From contig CAVOQN010000006.1 in NCBI GenBank assembly GCA_963698375.1, positions 235,854 to 299,853 of the forward strand: 64,000 nucleotides of DNA. The letters are read 5' to 3'. This stretch comes from an uncultured Pseudomonadota bacterium (lineage in GTDB: Bacteria; Pseudomonadota; Gammaproteobacteria; Acidiferrobacterales; UBA6901). The notes under the pieces were generated by a model, which saw only the letters and a list, made by a program, of their open reading frames with translations, was not told the origin of the DNA and made no database searches. Positions 31,490 through 41,352 of this stretch are shown here, one piece after another (within the stretch, counting starts at the first letter, position 1; each line of letters opens with the position of its first letter). The translations under genes and the position numbers were made by a program.

Positions 31490-31995
31490 GCCCGCGTCTC
31501 CGAGTCTCCAACTTAGGGTTACCGTCAGACGCGGTGGACGGCAGTTGTAGCGTAAAAATCTCACCCAGTGTCACGCGAATCTCGCGGATACGTCACGTGC
31601 TGACCGAGGGCTGGGTCGGACCACTGCTGGCAGGTTAGCCAGCGCACCTGCGGCTGACGTTCCGAATGCAGATCCAGGATTGTGCGAAAAACGATAAAAC
31701 TACGGCGCTCCGGCGTACGCTGACGCCGCTTTCATCAGGCCGGTACGTGCTACGGTTTGCGTCTGCTGACGCGCGCGGCGTACCACGAACTCGTCGGCCG
31801 TGACAGTTTGTGTCGTCTCGCGCACATCATGTAACTTCCAGCCGGCAGTGTCGGGTGATACTGATTGATGTCCTTACTGCTCATGACACGACCACCCTGC
31901 AGCCAGACACCGGCACTGTGGGCCGGAATGGTTAGTTCCTGTTTCAGTATCAGCCGGCTGCCGGACGGCAGGACGTGATAAGGGTGAATTTTCAT
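31490..31995 (-). pseudogene. Hypothetical protein remnant with several frameshifts
   Basis: Starts MKIHPYHVLPSGSRLILKQELTIPAHSAGVWLQGG...DINQYHP. Plausible continuations in other frames are HCRLEV, KLHDVRETTQTVTADEFVVRRAR, ILDLHSERQPQVRWLTCQQW and EIRVTLGEIFTLQLP. The end coordinate is approximate. Confidence 0.35.
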
Positions 31996-32089
31996 CAAGC
32001 GGTCCCTGTTGTCTGGCAGGCGATGAGCAACAGGCACAACGGAAGCAATGTAATGACTCTCATGACTCCTCCTTGTCGCGTTGATTAGT

Positions 32090-32788
32090 TCAGGGCAATA
32101 TATCCCGGAAATTGTGGATAGCGTTAAACTCACCGACATCCTTCTCCGGCAGTTTTGAGTCCGGGTTGCGTACCGCCAACAGGTGCGCGATGCCATAGTT
32201 TTTGGCCGAGCGCAGCACCGGCAGGCTGTCGTCGATGAGCAAGGCCGTGTCTTTTGTGAACGGTTCGACCTCCTGCATCTTGTCCCAGAATGCCGGGTAT
32301 TCCTTGGGCAGCCCCAGATCGTGTGCACACACCACGGCATCGAAGTGACCGTTGAGCCGGGTGCGACGGAATTTGATATTCAGGCTTTTGCCGTGCGCAT
32401 TGGTGACCAGCACCAGGCGTTTGCCCTGGGTGCGTACCGCATCGAGAAAATCAATCACATGCGGATGCACGCCAATGAGATGGTTCACTTCTTCCTTGAG
32501 CAGTGCGATATCGAGGTCGAGTTCGCGCGTCCAGTAATCCACGCAGTACCAGTCGAGCGTGCCTTCGACCTGCTTGTAACGCCCGCGCAGCGCCTCGCGG
32601 GCGGCCTCAAGCGTGAGTGCGTGCTTCTCGGCGTAGCGGCGCGGCACGTGTTCCAGCCAGAAATGATTGTCGTAGTGCAGGTCGAGCAGCGTGCCATCCA
32701 TGTCGAGCAACACGGTGTCGATGTCTGGCCAATTAAGAGTATTTGTCTGCAGGCTTGATTTGTCTGGCATATACATAGGGTCTCGCAA
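32090..32788 (-). CDS. yrfG: HAD-family GMP/IMP nucleotidase (YrfG-like)
   Basis: Contains LLDMDGTLLDLHYDNHFW, LVTNAH and LLIDDSLPVLRSA. The start could be 32788, 32776 or 32770. Confidence 0.8.
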   Translation of the reverse strand: MRDPMYMPDKSSLQTNTLNWPDIDTVLLDMDGTLLDLHYDNHFWLEHVPRRYAEKHALTLEAAREALRGRYKQVEGTLDWYCVDYWTRELDLDIALLKEEVNHLIGVHPHVIDFLDAVRTQGKRLVLVTNAHGKSLNIKFRRTRLNGHFDAVVCAHDLGLPKEYPAFWDKMQEVEPFTKDTALLIDDSLPVLRSAKNYGIAHLLAVRNPDSKLPEKDVGEFNAIHNFRDILP

Positions 32789-32871
32789 TCAAATCGGGCG
32801 CAGCGGGGCGTAAGCCAAGCCGGTTTCAGTGCCGCGCCCTGGACGCGCTATTATAAGTCATTGATGTCCAG

Positions 32872-33411
32872 TTGGAGGGTGCGGTGAATCTGTATTTGCG
32901 ATTACTCAAGCTGCTGTTTCTGTTGCCGTTCGTGCGGCGCCAGGCATTGCTCGACAGCGGACACATCACGTTTCGCGTCTGGCCGAACGACTGCGATATG
33001 AACCTGCACCTCAACAACGGTCGTTATCTGACCTTCATGGACCTCGGCCGGACGCATCTTGCTCGCACAGATCGGTTTGCTGGGGAAGCTGCTGCAACAC
33101 CGCTGGGCGCCGGTGCTGACGGCCGCCGAGATCAACTACCTCCGGCCGATCCAGCCGTTTCAGAAGTTCGACCTGAGCACACGCCTGCTCACCTGGGACG
33201 ATAAGTATTTCTATATGGAGCAACGCTTCGTGGCCGGCGGACAGCTGTGCGCCGTGGCGCTGGTCAAGGGTTTATTTCTGCACCGCGGCAAGCCGTAAAA
33301 AACCGCGCGATTTTGGCGGCGCTCGATCTCGATTCCGCCGCGCCCGACATGCCGGAGGTGGTACGCCACTGGAATGGCCTGGCTGTCCTGAAGAAACAGC
33401 ACTTGATCTGA
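32872..33411 (+). pseudogene. Hotdog-fold acyl-CoA thioesterase (4HBT_2-like) with two frameshifts
   Basis: VWPNDCDMNLHLNNGRYLTFMDLGRTHL is in the first frame. AQIGLLGKLLQHRWAPVLTAAEINYLRPIQPFQKFDL is in ORF 33059..33298. The C-terminal VKNRAILAALDLDSAAPDMPEVVRHW is in a third frame. Breaks at about 33060 and 33293. Confidence 0.7.
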
Positions 33412-33415
33412 TCCC

Positions 33416-33828
33416 ATGACCGAAACTTCCTGCCCCCTCTGTCAACCGCAGAATGAGAACGTGTTGTGGCGCGATGCCGTCCTGCGCATTATCCGGGTGG
33501 TGACCCGGATTACCCGGGTTTCTGCCGGGTGATCCTCAATCGGCACGTTAAGGAAATGACCGACCTGCCGCCGGACGAGCGTGCACATCTGATGCACTCG
33601 GTGTTTGTCGTGGAAGGTGCGGTACGCGAGCTGATGCAACCGGACAAAGTAAATCTCGCCGCGCTCGGCAACCAGGTGCCGCACTTGCATTGGCACATCA
33701 TCCCGCGTTTTGCTGACGATGCGCACTTTCCCGATCCGGTTTGGGCGGTTGCACGCCGTGCGGGACGCGCCCATCCCGTGGACGACGCGCGGCTCGTACG
33801 CATCATTGGGGATGCACTGGTAAAATAA
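33416..33828 (+). pseudogene. Second HIT-family protein, with a one-base deletion near 33496
   Basis: MTETSCPLCQPQNENVLWRDAVLRIIRV is followed in the -1 frame by DPDYPGFCRVILNRH...VPHLHWHIIPRF. The break falls in a G-run. Confidence 0.75.
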
Positions 33829-34129
33829 GGCTGTTCGTCTCCCGGCACAGTATCCACGATAAATAAGTACCCTTGTATAAGTGCGCTGACCACAAATCCC
33901 CTGGATTCCTGTGGCGGAAATCATTCAGGCACAGACTATCAAACCGGCAACTGACCACAGACTGAAAAAGATAATTTCAAGTTCATGCCAAGACTGAGCA
34001 TCCTCTTCTAATCCTGTCTGACATAAGCAGTATTTTATTGCTTCGTAAATCCGCCTTTGTTCGCTGAGTCAATAGCGTATTGTGATTAAGAAACAACGCT
34101 ATCCAAAAGCATTGAAGCTCCGTGCAGGT

Positions 34130-35509
34130 ATGCCAGGGAAGGCGAAAATGATCCGTACCGTTGCCGGGGCCGACGTGCACGTGGAAAAAGATATCAAAAT
34201 TCTGGTAGTGGATGGCTCGCGCGTTTCACGCAGCATGATCCGGTCCACGCTGGTTACGCAAAGCAACACCGAGCACGTACAGGTCGCCACGGTTGGCAGT
34301 GCCGGTGAAGCATTGCAACGCCTGGTCAGCGAGAAATTCGACATTATCACCTGTGCCCTGCAACTGCCCGACATGTACGGCATCGATCTGTGCCGCACCG
34401 TTCGCAACCAGCCGATCTACCGTTTTACACCCTTCATTGTTGTAACCGCTGAACCACACGAGCGCCACATAAAGGAAGGATTTCGCGCTGGCGTCACGGA
34501 CTATTACGACAAGACGCACGGTATGAACAAATTCGCGCCGTTCATGCGCGGACTCGTGGATCGATACATGGCGCTGTCTGGCAAAGTGCTGTATGTCGAG
34601 GACAACAATCTGGAAGCCGCCATCACGTCCGAGATGATGGAGCGCCATGGTCTGACCGTGGTGCGTGCTTCGAGCGCCGAACAGGCACTGCACCTGGTGG
34701 ACGACAGTTTCGACATCGTCGTCACGGATTTCTATCTGCGCGATGAAATGTCAGGTGGCGATTTCCTGCACACACTGCGCTGCGGCCATCGCTACAGCCA
34801 CGAAGAGCTGCCGGTGCTTGTCATCACCGGTTCCGGGAACGCCAGTATCCAGGCGAATATCTTTCATGCCGGCGGTAACGACTTCGTCATCAAGCCAGTG
34901 GTCGAGGAGGTGTTTATCTCGCGGCTGCGATCGTTAATGCTCGTCAAGAAGCAGTTTAATCTGTTGCGCCGCCAGTCCGAGGAAATGCGGCGTATGGCGA
35001 GCCAGGATATTCTTACCGGTGTGTACAACAAGCGCTATCTGATCGGACGTGCCACTCATTTTCTCTCCGACCCGCTCAATCACCCGGCCTGGGTGGTGGT
35101 GCTTGACCTCGACAACTTCAAGGCCATTAACGACAAGCACGGCCATATCACCGGTGATCGTGTCTTGAAGGCGGTTGGGGCGCTGTTCCGCGGCTTTTTC
35201 CGCGACGCCGACGTGATAGCCCGTTCCGGCGGTGAGGAGTTTGTTATGCTGCTCAAGGGTCGATCGCGCGAGGAATGTCTGGAGGAGATGGAAGAGCTGC
35301 GCCATCGCATCGAGACGTTGCGCCCGGATGGACTCGAGCTGACGGCCAGCATCGGTGTGGCCAGCAACATGCTGCGTGCCAATACCGGCTACGAGGAAAT
35401 CCTCGATGAAGCCGACCGCGCGATGTATCGTGCCAAGGATCTCGGCCGCAACCGTGTGGTGATGGCCGGCGCCACAACGCGCCGTCGCGCGCCGGTCGTG
35501 TTGCGTTAA
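34130..35509 (+). CDS. Dual-receiver response regulator with a GGDEF diguanylate cyclase output
   Basis: REC1 KILVVDGSRVSR...ALQLPDMYG. REC2 KVLYVEDNNLEA...VTDFYLRDEMSG. GGDEF domain with RSGGEEFVMLL. The start could be 34130 or 34148. Confidence 0.85.
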   Translation: MPGKAKMIRTVAGADVHVEKDIKILVVDGSRVSRSMIRSTLVTQSNTEHVQVATVGSAGEALQRLVSEKFDIITCALQLPDMYGIDLCRTVRNQPIYRFTPFIVVTAEPHERHIKEGFRAGVTDYYDKTHGMNKFAPFMRGLVDRYMALSGKVLYVEDNNLEAAITSEMMERHGLTVVRASSAEQALHLVDDSFDIVVTDFYLRDEMSGGDFLHTLRCGHRYSHEELPVLVITGSGNASIQANIFHAGGNDFVIKPVVEEVFISRLRSLMLVKKQFNLLRRQSEEMRRMASQDILTGVYNKRYLIGRATHFLSDPLNHPAWVVVLDLDNFKAINDKHGHITGDRVLKAVGALFRGFFRDADVIARSGGEEFVMLLKGRSREECLEEMEELRHRIETLRPDGLELTASIGVASNMLRANTGYEEILDEADRAMYRAKDLGRNRVVMAGATTRRRAPVVLR

Positions 35510-35511
35510 TC

Positions 35512-35880
35512 GTGCACGCTGATCGTTCGATCCGCATCGTCAATCGCGACCTTGAAGTGCGTCTGAGCGCGGCGGCGTGCGAAGCGCTGGCCGCCCGGGG
35601 CACACCGCTGGTCGTGGAAATGGAATTGTACTTCAGCTGTCTCATCCGCAAACGCCTGCAGTTCCTGTCCGCACCGCACCCCGATGCGTTTTGTGCAGTC
35701 GTGGACAACCGCCTCACGGTTTGCTTCCGGCCGGTGATGACGCGCCAGTGTGCACTGAGTGATGTTGAGGGTGAACCGCCGCTTGAGGCCTTTCCGATCA
35801 AGCGCCCCGAAGCATTTCTGCCAAAGTGGCTGGCGCTCGATTTTCGCCGCGGCGCATGGTCAGGCGAGTTCAGTTTCTGA
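35512..35880 (+). CDS. Hypothetical protein (122 aa) translationally coupled to the GGDEF gene
   Basis: The GTG start lies 2 nt after the upstream TAA. Codon usage is consistent with coding. No recognisable motif. Confidence 0.5.
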   Translation: MHADRSIRIVNRDLEVRLSAAACEALAARGTPLVVEMELYFSCLIRKRLQFLSAPHPDAFCAVVDNRLTVCFRPVMTRQCALSDVEGEPPLEAFPIKRPEAFLPKWLALDFRRGAWSGEFSF

Positions 35881-35947
35881 ACCGATTTTCCTGTTCGCGC
35901 CGAAACGGGTAATCTACTTGTTCGTATTTGCCTAGGAGATCTTCGAC

Positions 35948-36761
<814 letters not shown>

Positions 36762-36772
<11 letters not shown>

Positions 36773-38220
36773 ACGCACTTATCCACTCTATCTCGCACTT
36801 GACCAGGGTGGACACGCCTCGCGTGCACTCGTGTTCGATGCGCATGGCGTCGTGCAGGCGCGCAGCTTGCGTGAAGTGCAGGTACATCATCCTCAATCTG
36901 ACTGGGTTGAGCAGGATCCGGAAGATCTGGTGTCATCGCTTCTGGATGCAACACGCGAGGTGCTGTATGAACTGGGCGAGCGCGCCGCCCTGATTGCCGC
37001 AGCAGGACTCGCGACGCAGCGCTCCAGTATTGTGTGCTGGGACCGCGTCTACCGGCCAGCCGCTGTCGCCGGTAATCAGCTGGCAGGACCGGCGGGCGCA
37101 TGAGTGGCTCGACCGATTTGCACCGCACGCTGAGGCTATCCACGCAGCCACCGGACTCATGCTCTCAGCGCACTACGGTGCGAGCAAGCTGCGTTGGTGT
37201 CTCGATCACCTGCCAGTGGTGGCACAGGCCGAGACCGAAGGGCGCCTCGCATTCGGTCCGTTGGCAAGTTTTCTGATTTTTCGGCTTACCGCTGAACACA
37301 GTTTGGCTGCCGATCCCGCAAATGCCGCGCGCACGCTCTTGTGGAATATTCAAACCATGGACTGGGACAAGGGCCTCCTGCATCTGTTTTCCATTCCGCA
37401 ATCCGCATTGCCGCCGTGTGTGCCAACGCGGCACGACTTTGGTCATCTCGTAATGGATGGCCAGCGCATCCCGCTTACCATCGTCAATGGTGATCAGTCG
37501 GCGGCATTGTTTGCCTATGGCGCACCACACGCCAATAGTGCCTATATCAACCTGGGTACTGGCGCATTCATACAACGCCTGTCTGGAGAATACCCGGGCC
37601 ATCAGCCACGTCTGCTGACCGGTATCGTGTTGCGTGATGGTGACCAGAAGACCTACGTGCTCGAAGCCACGGTCAATGGTGCGGGCGCGGCGTTGCAATG
37701 GATCGAGGAGGATCTCGGACTCGATGCGATCGAGCAGCAACTGCCAGGATGGCTTGCGCAGGATAGCGTGGAGCCGCCGCTGTTTCTGAATGGTATCAGT
37801 GGTCTCGGCGCGCCCTATTGGGTCGCAGACTTTAAATCGCGCTTTTCTGCCGAGGCCGAACCAAGGCAGATGGTGGTGGCGGTGGCCGAGTCCATTGTGT
37901 TCCTGCTGCAAGTCAATCTCGATCTGTTGCAGAAACTGGCGTCGCCACTTGAGCAGATTATTGCCAGCGGCGGACTCACCTGGTACGAGGGCCTGTGCCA
38001 GCGTATCAGTGATCTGTCCGGTCTGCCGCTCTACCGGCCAGCCGAGTACGAAGCCACGGCACGTGGCACAGCATGGCTGCTGGCCGGCAAACCCAAGGAC
38101 TGGCCGGAAACGGAACTCGGTGTGTGGTTCAAGCCGCGCGCCAATCCGGCGTTGCGCTCGCGCTATGAGCGCTGGCGCACCGCCATGGATGCGGCACTCA
38201 TCGACGACGTCGTGCGCTGA
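36762..38220 (+). pseudogene. FGGY-family carbohydrate kinase with a one-base insertion near 37041
   Basis: LALDQGGHASRALVFD...LATQRSSIVCWDRV is followed in the +1 frame by TGQPLSPVISWQDRR...GDQSAALFAYG...LNGISGLGAPYW. Confidence 0.8.
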
Positions 38221-39041
38221 TGATCAGTGCACGTTCGCCGGTCTCGAAGCTGAGCGAAGCCCAGAAGCTTTCCCAATCCGCCTTCGCCCCGGCCGGCGCC
38301 GGGATCATGTGCACAGCGGACAGCATCCAGATATCGTCGTGTGGCAGGATAAAACGCGCACGCCCTTGCGCGTCAGTGCGTTGCACGAGTTGACTCTTGA
38401 GTTTCTTCTTGGAGAATGCCACCAGCCGTGCATTGGCGAGTGGTCGCTTCTCGTACAGCAGCTGTACCTCCAGACTCTGGCCGCGTTTCAATTGGTGAAC
38501 CGGGGATTGGGGCACAATTTCCAGCCGCAGGCCGATCGGCTTGCCTGGCGTCGAGGCCGTCATCGCGACCACCGACGGCCAGCAGGGACTTGGCACAACG
38601 CGAGTACACCTCGCGCACCGGTTTGCCCTGTACTCCGCGTTGCGCGCGCAGCTTGCGGATGCCATCCAGGCCTTCTTTCTCCAGATATTTTTCGAAAGTG
38701 GGGGAATCCATCTCGAGTGAATAGCGGGTGCTTTGGTAGGCAATGAGAAGGAGCCCCGGCTCGGCCGGTGTCAGACGCGCCGCCGGATCGTCGCCGGGCA
38801 CGCCGGGAATATTCCGGGTACCGCGCGCGTTTACCGTAACGAATCGCTCGAAGGATTCCGGCAGGTAGATCATGGTGTCGCCGCGGAATTCCTGGCCGAC
38901 CATCAACCGCACATCGACTGGTTTGCCTGCCGGCGGCTGGAAGTTCGCCGGCTCGATCCAGAATTCGTGCGCCGCCACCGGCACCGATAGCCCGAACAGG
39001 GCGGACAGCAATAATCCGTATCGGATACACTCGCGCCACAT
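38198..39041 (-). pseudogene. DUF4198 periplasmic metal-binding protein (Ni/Co-uptake associated) with one frameshift near 38575
   Basis: Signal peptide ending VAAHEFWIEP, with PVREVYSRCAKSLLAVGG in one frame. GKPIGLRLEIVPQSP...LLYEKRPLANARLVAF...WMLSAVHM is in ORF 38198..38743. Confidence 0.75.
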
Positions 39042-39121
39042 TTTTCCGGCAGGACGAACGAAGCAGGGCAGCATTGGTCTTCTTTCCAATCGATTTCAAA
39101 ACTGGTCGAGATAAATATCCG

Positions 39122-40279
39122 ATGAAGCATAACACGACGGCCAACTCACCGATTGCCTGTTCATTCAGGAATTTTCTCGGGTTCCTGCTATGCCTGTGCG
39201 CACTGCCGGTCGCGGCGCACGAGATCCGCCCAGCGGTAGTCGATGTGCATCTGCAAGCAGAGGGTAATTATCAGGTTGCCTTACAGGTCAACATGGAAGC
39301 GGTTCTGGCAGGCGTCAGCCCGGCACACAGTGACACCGACGAGTCACCGAACGCGGGGCACTACAAAAGCCTGCGAGCGATGACGGCGCAAAAACTGGAG
39401 GAACAAATCCGTGCCTTCTGGCCGCAGTACCGTGAAGGATTTCGCCTTGATTTCGACGGGGCGCGTACTGCACCGGAACTCACGGCCATCGACATTCCCG
39501 AGCCCGGGGATCTGGCACGCGCGCGCATTACGACCGTACGCCTGACCGGCAACATTCCACCAGGCGCAAAGACTGTGCGTTGGACCTATGCACCGCAGTA
39601 CGGTGGCAGCGTGCTGCGCCTGCACCGTGCGGACGCGAGCGAGATTACCGCTGCATGGGTGCGTGAAGGCGAGTCCAGTGCAACCTACCCGCTCACTGGT
39701 GAAGTTGCCGGCGCCACTCGCACTGCAGTGTTCGGGCAATACCTTGTGCTTGGCTTCACCCATATTCTGCCCAAGGGACTGGATCACATGCTGTTTGTTC
39801 TTGGCCTGTTCCTGCTGAGCACGCGCCTCGCACCACTGCTTTGGCAGGTCACCGCGTTTACGCTCGCACACTCGATCACGCTGGCGCTGAGCGTGTACGG
39901 TGTAATCGCGCTGTCGCCAGCGATAGTCGAACCATTAATCGCTGCATCGATCGTGGCCGTAGCGGTAGAGAACCTGCTCACGGCACGTCTGCACGCGTGG
40001 CGGGTGTTCGTGGTGTTCGCCTTTGGATTGCTGCACGGCCTCGGTTTTGCCGGCGTGCTCACCGAGGTTGGTCTGCCGCGCAACGAATTTGTGACCGGCC
40101 TGATCGCTTTCAACGTCGGCGTCGAGGGTGGGCAGCTGGCGGTGATCGCGCTCGCGTTCCTGGCAGTTGGCTACTGGTTCCGGCACAAGCCGTGGTACCG
40201 CGCACGCGTGGTGTTGCCGTTGTCGGCGGTGATTGCACTCACCGGACTGTACTGGCTGGTGGAACGCCTGTTCGGCTGA
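39122..40279 (+). CDS. HupE/UreJ-family membrane protein with a long N-terminal periplasmic extension
   Basis: Signal peptide ending VAAHEIRP. About 190 aa of soluble region, then GFTHILPKGLDHMLFVLGLFLL and FGLLHGLGFAG (HupE_UreJ_2 pattern). Confidence 0.8.
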   Translation: MKHNTTANSPIACSFRNFLGFLLCLCALPVAAHEIRPAVVDVHLQAEGNYQVALQVNMEAVLAGVSPAHSDTDESPNAGHYKSLRAMTAQKLEEQIRAFWPQYREGFRLDFDGARTAPELTAIDIPEPGDLARARITTVRLTGNIPPGAKTVRWTYAPQYGGSVLRLHRADASEITAAWVREGESSATYPLTGEVAGATRTAVFGQYLVLGFTHILPKGLDHMLFVLGLFLLSTRLAPLLWQVTAFTLAHSITLALSVYGVIALSPAIVEPLIAASIVAVAVENLLTARLHAWRVFVVFAFGLLHGLGFAGVLTEVGLPRNEFVTGLIAFNVGVEGGQLAVIALAFLAVGYWFRHKPWYRARVVLPLSAVIALTGLYWLVERLFG

Positions 40280-40302
40280 AGCGGCCCGTGGGGCTGCCGG
40301 AC

Positions 40303-41130
40303 TCAGCGCCGTGCAACGCCGCGGTGGCGATAGCAGTGCACGAGGTGGTCATTGACCAGACCAGTTGCCTGCATGTGTGCGTAGATAATGGTTGAGCCGA
40401 CAAAACGGAATCCGCGCTTCTTGAGATCAGCGCTGAGCGCATCCGATTCGGGTGTACGCGCCGGGAGCTCACGCAGCGTCGTCCAGTGGTTGACGATCGG
40501 CCGTCCACCGACGAAGCGCCAGACATAACGGTCGAAACTGCCGAACTCTTTTTGAACGGCGAGGAACGCACGGGCATTGGTAATTGCCGATTCGATCTTG
40601 AGGCGGTTGCGGATGATGCCGGCGTTCTTCAGCAGTGCCTTGACCTTACGGGCATCGAATCGTGCCACACGCCGCGGGTCAAAACCGGCAAATGCGACGC
40701 GATAGGCGGCGCGTTTGTGCAATACTGTTCGCCAGCTCAGACCGGCTTGTGCGCCTTCGAGGATCAGGAACTCGAAGTGCTTGCGGTCATCATGCACCGG
40801 CACACCCCATTCCTCGTCGTGATAGCGAAGCATGGGTGGATCGTTGGCAGGCCAGGCGCAACGCGGTTTGATGGCGTCGGCCGCGGCCGCCCTGAGCTGT
40901 GCTTTCCGCTGTGCCGGCAGTTTATTCCAGTCACAGTCGCGGAGTGCGCCTTCGATGGCATACACCAGATTGAGACTGGCACGATAGCCGTGTGCCCTGA
41001 GAATCCTGTAGGCATCTATCGCACCGAGTTTTTCCAGATCGCGGTAGTTGTGCACACCGATGGCGTTTAGCCAGCGTGTGCTGGCCGGGCCGAGGTTTCG
41101 CAGCTGTGCGAGTGTGCCGGAGTGGGTCAT
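40303..41130 (-). CDS. tag: TfoX C-terminal-like domain fused to DNA-3-methyladenine glycosylase I
   Basis: The N-terminal 85 aa (LRNLGPASTRWLNAIGVHNYRDLEKLGAIDAYRILRAHG) is TfoX_C/HhH-like. The rest carries Tag motifs YHDEEWGVPVHDD, FEFLILEGAQAGLSW and GSTIIYAHMQATGLVNDH. Confidence 0.8.
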   Translation of the reverse strand: MTHSGTLAQLRNLGPASTRWLNAIGVHNYRDLEKLGAIDAYRILRAHGYRASLNLVYAIEGALRDCDWNKLPAQRKAQLRAAAADAIKPRCAWPANDPPMLRYHDEEWGVPVHDDRKHFEFLILEGAQAGLSWRTVLHKRAAYRVAFAGFDPRRVARFDARKVKALLKNAGIIRNRLKIESAITNARAFLAVQKEFGSFDRYVWRFVGGRPIVNHWTTLRELPARTPESDALSADLKKRGFRFVGSTIIYAHMQATGLVNDHLVHCYRHRGVARR

Positions 41131-41352
41131 GGGCGGTACCAGGGATGCGACGCTGGCAGGCTAGCATGTTCCAATTCACGGCAGTACCCGCACCCCGGGC
41201 ATGGCGTCATTAGCCGAAAGCGGTAAACGTATAGTGGTCGATGAAATGTGGGGTACTAAGAATCAGTAACTTGGGGCGCGAAGATTATCTCCTGCATCAT
41301 GCAAAATTACCCGCGGTACAGGCCGTCCGTGGCATGTTTGTTGCAAATAATC

